A stretch of DNA of 64,000 bases, taken from a bacterium (GTDB lineage Bacteria > SAR324 > NAC60-12). The stretch spans positions 3,904,001 through 3,968,000 of the forward strand of contig OZ242383.1 of assembly GCA_965209155.1 (NCBI GenBank), in the 5' to 3' direction. Below are positions 58,062 to 64,000 of the stretch, in pieces (the first letter of the stretch is position 1; every line of letters begins with the position of its first letter). The notes under the pieces are model-generated. The model was given only the letters and a program-made list of their open reading frames with translations, ran no database searches and was not told the origin of the DNA. Made by a program: the position numbers and the translations under genes.

Positions 58062-59852
58062 CTACTTTATCGCTAAAAAATCCTGCTGATTCAGCTTTTT
58101 ACTAAAAAAATGTATGATTTGATTGGTTTGAGTGTATTCAGTTTGCACTTCGATCAAGGTGGCCTGATTTTTAGAAATTGCTGAGAGGTAGGCTTTTTGT
58201 AATTCTTGATTCGTCTGAGGTGTCTCATACGCAAGTTTAAAAAAATGAGCAAGTCCACTGAAGTCAAGGTAATGAGGCGTTTGAAAGAATCTTACATAGA
58301 ATTCCTTTTGTTGCGCGATGGGTAGCAAGCTGAAAATCCCTCCGCCGTTGTTGTTGAAGAGAACGATTACCAGGGGACAGTTCAATTCCCGGATGATTTG
58401 TAAAGAATTCATATCATGGAGCAAAGAAAGATCCCCTATCAATAGCGTAGTAGGCTTACGACTGGAAACTGCATAACCAGCTGCCGAAGCGACAACTCCG
58501 TCGATTCCGCTTGCTCCCCGATTCGCGCGTACTTTCAAGAAAAAAGGACGTGTGATGGCAAACATGTCCATCAAACGGATGGGCATGCTGTTTCCTAAAA
58601 AAAATTGACTGAATTGCGGAGCAGATTCAGAAATAAGACGGGCCACTGAGGGTTCTGTGAGACGATTGTCCCTGGAAAAATATTGTTCCATTACATCGTC
58701 CACATGGTTTGAAATTGCCTTGAGAGGATGCCACCAATCAGGCATTTTATCTTGTTTTGCAGTTAAAACGCAATCTATCAGACCTTGGCAAAAACAGGAT
58801 ACTTTGCTTTCAATACGCATCGATACCCGGTGAGACGGGTCATGACGAGAAGGAGTGTCTGCCACTAGAATGAGTTCCTGAATTCGATTTTCTGCCAAAA
58901 ACGTCTGCAATCGTTTTGAAGTAAAATGGACTCCAAATTGTAAAAAACATTCAGCTTTCTGCAAAATAGACTGTACTTCCGGATTGAATAGCATCAAGTC
59001 AATATATGGTATGATGCACGGATCCTTGAACATGCGTAGATGAGAGGTAATGTCTGCAAATATCGGCCAATTGAGGACTTTCGCCAGATCCAGGACTGCT
59101 TGACTTTCTTCGAGTGTTTGTAAGGATCCTGCCAGGATGATCCCTTTTTTGTGACGGATTTTTTGCTTAAGAAGTCGAATTTGGTCATCGGCATGTAACA
59201 AAGATTGGCTTTTCAAGTAGCTCGTATACGGCACACGCGAAATAGTCCAATGCCGGATTGGGTTTAAATATTCTTCGAAACAGGTTTTTGTTTCAGAATG
59301 GAAAGGCTCACGGAACATGCAATTGAGATGGACTGGACCACCCGGTTTTTCCCGGCACTTGTAGACTGCTTGATCCACAGTAGTTAAAAGCATGGATGGT
59401 TCAATTTGAAGGTCCGGACATGGGAGTGTGCCGGACCATCGGAGATATCCCGTAAACATCTTTGTTTGGTCAATGGTTTGATTGGCCCCCGTATCGAGTA
59501 ATTCCGGTGGACGATCAGCCGTTAATAACAATAAAGGCAGACAAGATTGAAATGCTTCCACGGTTGCAGGAAAAAGATTGGACACCGCGGTTCCAGAAGT
59601 TGTTATCACCGCGGCTGATCGATTTCGTGCGGTTTGGGAAAAGCCCATTGCATAATAAGCCATACCCCGTTCATCAAAATGAACAGTGGTTTTGACACTC
59701 GCATGAGCGGCGGCGGCCAGGGTCAGAGGCGTGGATCGTGATCCCGAACAAATACAAAAATGCTCAATCCCACAGCGAAAAAGTTCCTCGATGATCAGTG
59801 ATGCCCACAAAGAGTTCAATGTGGAAAAGGAATTTTCAATGTATCTTTTCAT
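58062..59852 (-). CDS. menD: SEPHCHC synthase MenD
   Basis: Motifs GSRSTPL, HFDERG, TSGTAVSN, TADRPPEL...GANQTI, GNSMPIR, NRGASGIDG, GDLSLLHDMN and NNNGGGIF; start MKRY. Confidence 0.96.
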   Translation of the reverse strand: MKRYIENSFSTLNSLWASLIIEELFRCGIEHFCICSGSRSTPLTLAAAAHASVKTTVHFDERGMAYYAMGFSQTARNRSAAVITTSGTAVSNLFPATVEAFQSCLPLLLLTADRPPELLDTGANQTIDQTKMFTGYLRWSGTLPCPDLQIEPSMLLTTVDQAVYKCREKPGGPVHLNCMFREPFHSETKTCFEEYLNPIRHWTISRVPYTSYLKSQSLLHADDQIRLLKQKIRHKKGIILAGSLQTLEESQAVLDLAKVLNWPIFADITSHLRMFKDPCIIPYIDLMLFNPEVQSILQKAECFLQFGVHFTSKRLQTFLAENRIQELILVADTPSRHDPSHRVSMRIESKVSCFCQGLIDCVLTAKQDKMPDWWHPLKAISNHVDDVMEQYFSRDNRLTEPSVARLISESAPQFSQFFLGNSMPIRLMDMFAITRPFFLKVRANRGASGIDGVVASAAGYAVSSRKPTTLLIGDLSLLHDMNSLQIIRELNCPLVIVLFNNNGGGIFSLLPIAQQKEFYVRFFQTPHYLDFSGLAHFFKLAYETPQTNQELQKAYLSAISKNQATLIEVQTEYTQTNQIIHFFSKKLNQQDFLAIK

Positions 59853-59871
59853 ATAATCCCAAGGAATAAAA

Positions 59872-61353
59872 TTGCTCAATTCGCAAATTTCGAACCGGTC
59901 CCTGCAATCTTTTGAAAGGCCAAAATTCAAGCGACAAATCTACCCGGGTGTTCAGTCTCTGTCACCTTATCTTCTTATTTCACAATTGAAGGAGTTGTGG
60001 CCCGAGGTGTCGAAAGAGTTTTGTTGCGTTTTTCAATATCAAAAAGATCTCCTGTCCCAGACCGGCGCAAATACCGAGTCTTTCTGTGCCATTGGAGCTG
60101 CTGCTGAAATAAGAGTATCGCTCAAAAAAATTCAAATTGAGTACCAGTTTAAAATCGAAAATACCATAATATTTACTCGTAGGATTTCTCACCCCGACAA
60201 TTCTTTGAGCTATACTTTACTCTTTGAGAACTTGAGTATGGTGGTCGAAAAAGCAAAACAAAAATTAGGCCAATATTTTGAATTTGTAGACGAAGATTTA
60301 GCAGCACTTCACTTTTTTGGAGGTTGGAAATCATCGCAAGCCTTTAAAGAAAACAAAGAAATCGCCATTTTTACTTTACCAAAAATGACAATCCATCTCG
60401 GAGAAAGGATAGAAATCGGAAGTTTTTTAGATTCTCACTACCCTACGTTTTTCGAGGAACAAATTAATTTTTCTCAGTCTGTTGGTCTTTTCAATCCGTT
60501 ACCTCTCCATGCATATTCGATTGAGGATACGTCAAATAAATCCGAATATATAAAAAACCTCAAAAATATTCTAGCAACCATCGACAATTCCGGAACCTCC
60601 AAGGTAGTGCTTTCCACAAAAAAAAGTATCTGCTTGCGTGGTTCTCCTCCAGATCCAATTCAACTCTCGTCAATGCTTGCAAGTCGTTATGGGCAAGTCT
60701 ATGATTATTGTTTCCAGTGGAATGCCGGAACGGCCTGGATTGGAGTTTCTCCCGAGGTGCATTTACAAAAATTGCGTCGTCATTTAATCACCAAACCGTT
60801 GGCAGGCACCATTAAAGTCAATAAAATAAAAAACCCACCCTCGATGATTGCTGACTTCCTCAAGGATCCCAAAGAAAATCTGGAACATCAATTGGCCGTC
60901 AAAGAGATGCTGATGGATTTAAAAAATGTTTGCGAATATGAAACGTGGAGCATTCCTTCCAAAAAGAATTTATTACATCTCAGTTATGCGTGTCACATGA
61001 AGAGTGAAATCTATGGCTATTTAAAAGAGGGAGTGGACTCCTTTGAAATATTGCGCTACCTCTATCCTCCGCCGACCATCTGGGGAGTTCCCAAAGATTG
61101 GGGAGGCCAAATTATTCAACAATTTGAGCCCTTTGAACGTGATTTTTTCACTGGTTGTTTGGGATACTTCACAGGAAAAGACGATTCCAATTTTGCTTTG
61201 GTACTGCGCAGTGGACGCTTGGAAGGAAATCGATTGGACATCTTTGCCGGAAGCGGCATCGTTAAAGATTCCGTTCCGCAGTTGGAATGGGAAGAAACCC
61301 AAAACAAGATGAAACCCTTACTATCATTGATCCAACTCAATGCATCACCATAG
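59872..61353 (+). CDS. menF: isochorismate synthase-like chorismate-binding enzyme (start uncertain)
   Basis: Motifs KVVLS, WIGVSPE, LAGT, KENLEH, LRSG, FAGSGIV.DS and EWEET..K; men-gene context. Confidence 0.78.
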   Translation: MLNSQISNRSLQSFERPKFKRQIYPGVQSLSPYLLISQLKELWPEVSKEFCCVFQYQKDLLSQTGANTESFCAIGAAAEIRVSLKKIQIEYQFKIENTIIFTRRISHPDNSLSYTLLFENLSMVVEKAKQKLGQYFEFVDEDLAALHFFGGWKSSQAFKENKEIAIFTLPKMTIHLGERIEIGSFLDSHYPTFFEEQINFSQSVGLFNPLPLHAYSIEDTSNKSEYIKNLKNILATIDNSGTSKVVLSTKKSICLRGSPPDPIQLSSMLASRYGQVYDYCFQWNAGTAWIGVSPEVHLQKLRRHLITKPLAGTIKVNKIKNPPSMIADFLKDPKENLEHQLAVKEMLMDLKNVCEYETWSIPSKKNLLHLSYACHMKSEIYGYLKEGVDSFEILRYLYPPPTIWGVPKDWGGQIIQQFEPFERDFFTGCLGYFTGKDDSNFALVLRSGRLEGNRLDIFAGSGIVKDSVPQLEWEETQNKMKPLLSLIQLNASP

Positions 61354-61362
61354 AAAGGAATT

Positions 61363-62253
61363 ATGGTTTCAGAGATTTTTAACGCAGATCGCTGGAACGT
61401 GGTCTCAGGATTCAAATTTGAAGATATTACGTATCATCGCGCCAAGGACCAAGGTACGGTGCGTATTGCTTTCGATCGTCCGGAAGTGAGAAACGCTTTT
61501 CGACCACAAACGGTGGACGAGCTTTACGTTGCTTTGAACCATGCCAGAGAAAGCAGTGATGTCGGGGTGCTGCTGCTTACCGGAAATGGTCCCTCTCCCA
61601 AGGACCATGGCTGGGCTTTCAGTTCCGGAGGTGATCAAAGAGTGCGAGGTAGAGACGGCTATAAATATGATAACACAGAAAATACCTGCAAAACCGATCT
61701 CGGTCGATTGCATATTTTGGAAGTACAAAGGTTGATCCGATTCATGCCTAAAATTGTCATTGCTTTGGTTCCCGGATGGGCGGTTGGAGGAGGACATAGC
61801 CTCCATCTCGTTTGTGATTTGACACTGGCCAGTAAAGAACACGCTATTTTCAGGCAAACCGATCCCGATGTCGCTAGCTTTGACGGAGGATACGGATCTG
61901 CATACCTCACGCGAATGATTGGCCAAAAACGCGCCAGAGAGATTTTCTTTTTAGGATTTAATTATTCGGCACAAGAAGCGTTTGAAATGGGCATGGTCAA
62001 TAAAGTCGTCCCTCATCGAGATTTGGAACGCGTGGGGCTGGAGTGGGCTGAAATTATTTTGAGTAAAAGTCCAACTGCCCAAAGAATGTTGAAATATGCC
62101 TTCAATCTCGTCGATGATGGAATGGTGGGACAACAATTGTTTGCCGGGGAAGCCACACGATTGGCCTATGGCACAGCCGAAGCGCAAGAAGGTAGAGACG
62201 CATTCCTCGAAAAACGTGAACGTGAATTTTTTAAGTTTCCCTGGCATTTCTAA
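61363..62253 (+). CDS. menB: 1,4-dihydroxy-2-naphthoyl-CoA synthase
   Basis: Motifs RPEVRNAFRP, FSSGGDQ, GGGHSLH, SFDGGYG, GQKRAREIF and EAQEGRDAF. Confidence 0.97.
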   Translation: MVSEIFNADRWNVVSGFKFEDITYHRAKDQGTVRIAFDRPEVRNAFRPQTVDELYVALNHARESSDVGVLLLTGNGPSPKDHGWAFSSGGDQRVRGRDGYKYDNTENTCKTDLGRLHILEVQRLIRFMPKIVIALVPGWAVGGGHSLHLVCDLTLASKEHAIFRQTDPDVASFDGGYGSAYLTRMIGQKRAREIFFLGFNYSAQEAFEMGMVNKVVPHRDLERVGLEWAEIILSKSPTAQRMLKYAFNLVDDGMVGQQLFAGEATRLAYGTAEAQEGRDAFLEKREREFFKFPWHF

Positions 62254-62337
62254 ATGAGGCATCGAGAAAGATGCAGAATGAAATTTTGAAAACAATCGAA
62301 GGCATCAATTTCTTTCTGTCAATTCAAAATCCTTGCA

Positions 62338-63447
62338 ATGGACATTCAAACAATTCAAATTTTTCGATATCAACTTCCTTTTGTCAAACCCCATATTCTT
62401 GGGAAAGAAAAGTGCTATGGAAGAGAGGGATTGATCGTCCGCTTAGTTGCTTCTGAAACCATTCATGCTTTTGGAGAAATAGCACCGCTACCCGGTTTTA
62501 GCAGGGAGACCCTCGCAGAGAGTGAAAGTAAACTCATTCGCGTTTGCCAGTCCCTCTCAGACCATTCAATCCCTGAAGACCTCTATCAACTCCAGGAAAT
62601 CATCAGTCATCTACTACCTGATATCGAAACAATTCCTTCCGTCAGGTTTGGTCTGCAAATGGCTATACTCAATCTCCTTTCGGCAGTCCAACAGCGCCCA
62701 GTTGCCCAATTGCTTCGTTCAGACTGTCAGTTGTCACTCGAAATGATTCCTCTACTCACAGGTACGCCTGATAAAATAAGGGCTAAAGCTACCGAAATAG
62801 CCTCCATCCCTCATTTGAAGAGCGTGAAAATCAAAGTGGGTAGGTATCCCGTGCAAGATGAAATCAATTTGATTCGAGACCTTCGTAAAATCTTGGGTGC
62901 CAGGCAAATTCGCTTGGATGCCAATCGCCTGTGGAATCTGGAAACAGCAATCCGTTTTGGAAACCACGTCGTGGATTGTGATGTTTTATATGTAGAAGAA
63001 CCTCTTCCCCAACTCGACCAGTGCCTGCAATTTGCTCACAAAACAGGTATCGGCTTTGCTTTGGATGAGACGTTGCACCATGCAAATTATCAGTTTGAAT
63101 GGCAAAAAGGATTGCGGGCCTTGATTGTGAAACCAATGCTGATGGGAAATATTGAAAAAATCATGAAAATCGCGCAAGATGCGCGATCGCATCATATTCC
63201 CACCATTATCAGTTCCTCATATGAAAGTAGCCTGGGACTGACCATGTTGGCAAATTTGGCAGCAGCAATCGATTCCGATGTGCCGGTGGGATTGGATACT
63301 TATGGTATGTTTCAACATGATCTCCTGGAACCAGGATTTTGCCACAAGAACGGGACTCTCTCTCTGAAATTGCTGGAATCGAGAAAAAATTGCATTCAAA
63401 ATTTTCGCTTGAAATTGCTTTGGCAAAGCAAACCGGCTTCCAGTTAA
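62338..63447 (+). CDS. menC: o-succinylbenzoate synthase
   Basis: Motifs GEIAPLPGFS.E, KIKVG, RLDAN, EEP, ALDE, KPML, SSSYES and GLDT. Confidence 0.93.
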   Translation: MDIQTIQIFRYQLPFVKPHILGKEKCYGREGLIVRLVASETIHAFGEIAPLPGFSRETLAESESKLIRVCQSLSDHSIPEDLYQLQEIISHLLPDIETIPSVRFGLQMAILNLLSAVQQRPVAQLLRSDCQLSLEMIPLLTGTPDKIRAKATEIASIPHLKSVKIKVGRYPVQDEINLIRDLRKILGARQIRLDANRLWNLETAIRFGNHVVDCDVLYVEEPLPQLDQCLQFAHKTGIGFALDETLHHANYQFEWQKGLRALIVKPMLMGNIEKIMKIAQDARSHHIPTIISSSYESSLGLTMLANLAAAIDSDVPVGLDTYGMFQHDLLEPGFCHKNGTLSLKLLESRKNCIQNFRLKLLWQSKPASS

Positions 63448-63715
63448 TTCAAATGTTGCTTACCTTCCCTTGCACAAGTGGAAAAATTTTAAGGATGAAT
63501 CCACGGTCCTCAAACGATTCTTCAGGTTGGCTGATTTAACCAGAAACAGCATGAACCTGAACCTCTTGTTCCAAGCGCTCTTGCTGAACGTTAGCGTGCG
63601 ACAAGAGGTCGTTTGTCCCAATGGTACAAACTTGACGAAGAAAAAAAATAGCGATTCTCCGGAAGGAAAAAGTGACGGTCTCCTCCCCGTTTTCACGAGG
63701 ACAATTTTGGTGTGC

Positions 63716-64000
63716 TTACCTATTGAAAGGATTAATCAGCCGGGCGAGGAGGCCTCGTTTGCGTTTCGCAGCGGTACCGTAACTGCCCTCACCACCTCGC
63801 AGTCGGGGATCGAGCAGATCGCGCATGGCATCGCCAAACATGTTGAGGGAATAGACGGTAATCGTCAGGCAAAGCCCTGGCCAGAGCGCCAGCCAGGGGG
63901 CCTGCTCCATGTATAGACGTCCTTCCCGACTGAGCAGACCTCCCCAGCTGGGAAACTCGACGGGCAGCCCGAATCCGAGGAAGCTCAGCGACGCCTCGGC
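63716..64000 (-). CDS. 3' part of a fifth DppC-like permease (continues beyond the window)
   Basis: AEASLSFLGFGLP...PSWG...APWLALWPG...GDAMRDLLDPRLRGG. Confidence 0.9.
   Translation of the reverse strand, partial: AEASLSFLGFGLPVEFPSWGGLLSREGRLYMEQAPWLALWPGLCLTITVYSLNMFGDAMRDLLDPRLRGGEGSYGTAAKRKRGLLARLINPFNR

Noticed and set aside
63448..63715. Possible menE start or small ORFs after menC
   Set aside because: No acyl-CoA ligase motifs in the frames I could read; left unassigned

Overview
Bacterial chromosomal window with an AT-rich backbone. The gene set suggests a deltaproteobacterial/SAR324-like organism, but that is inference only. 1-30 kb is mostly housekeeping and metabolic: leuCD, PrsW, a serine hydrolase, hisC, tRNA-Cys/Leu/Arg, an MFS transporter, htpG, the ffh-rpsP-rimM-trmD-rplS-rnhB-yraN-rpsT run, and a giant 885-aa Pal-like lipoprotein upstream of tolQR. 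It also holds comEC coupled to an acid-sugar catabolic cluster (DUF1537 kinase, PdxA, RraA-like, XylX-like), a GMC oxidoreductase pair and rarA. 30.9-56.2 kb is a mosaic accessory region. It contains four GC-rich peptide/nickel-type ABC cassettes (SBP plus permeases, never an ATPase; one is decayed, and a fifth begins at the window end) and four toxin-antitoxin pairs. One TA pair is a clean integron cassette between two attC sites with no integrase in the window. The region also has an istA-less IS21-type element with a 6-bp TSD, two accessory ORFs and iteron-like repeats; an IS1380 remnant; MITE/REP-like palindromes; an orphan perfect CIRCE box; and a four-helix-bundle gene sitting inside IS200-like ends in place of tnpA. 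56-63.5 kb encodes a SerC-like PLP enzyme and menD/menF/menB/menC. All calls are by-eye motif recognition; no searches were run.
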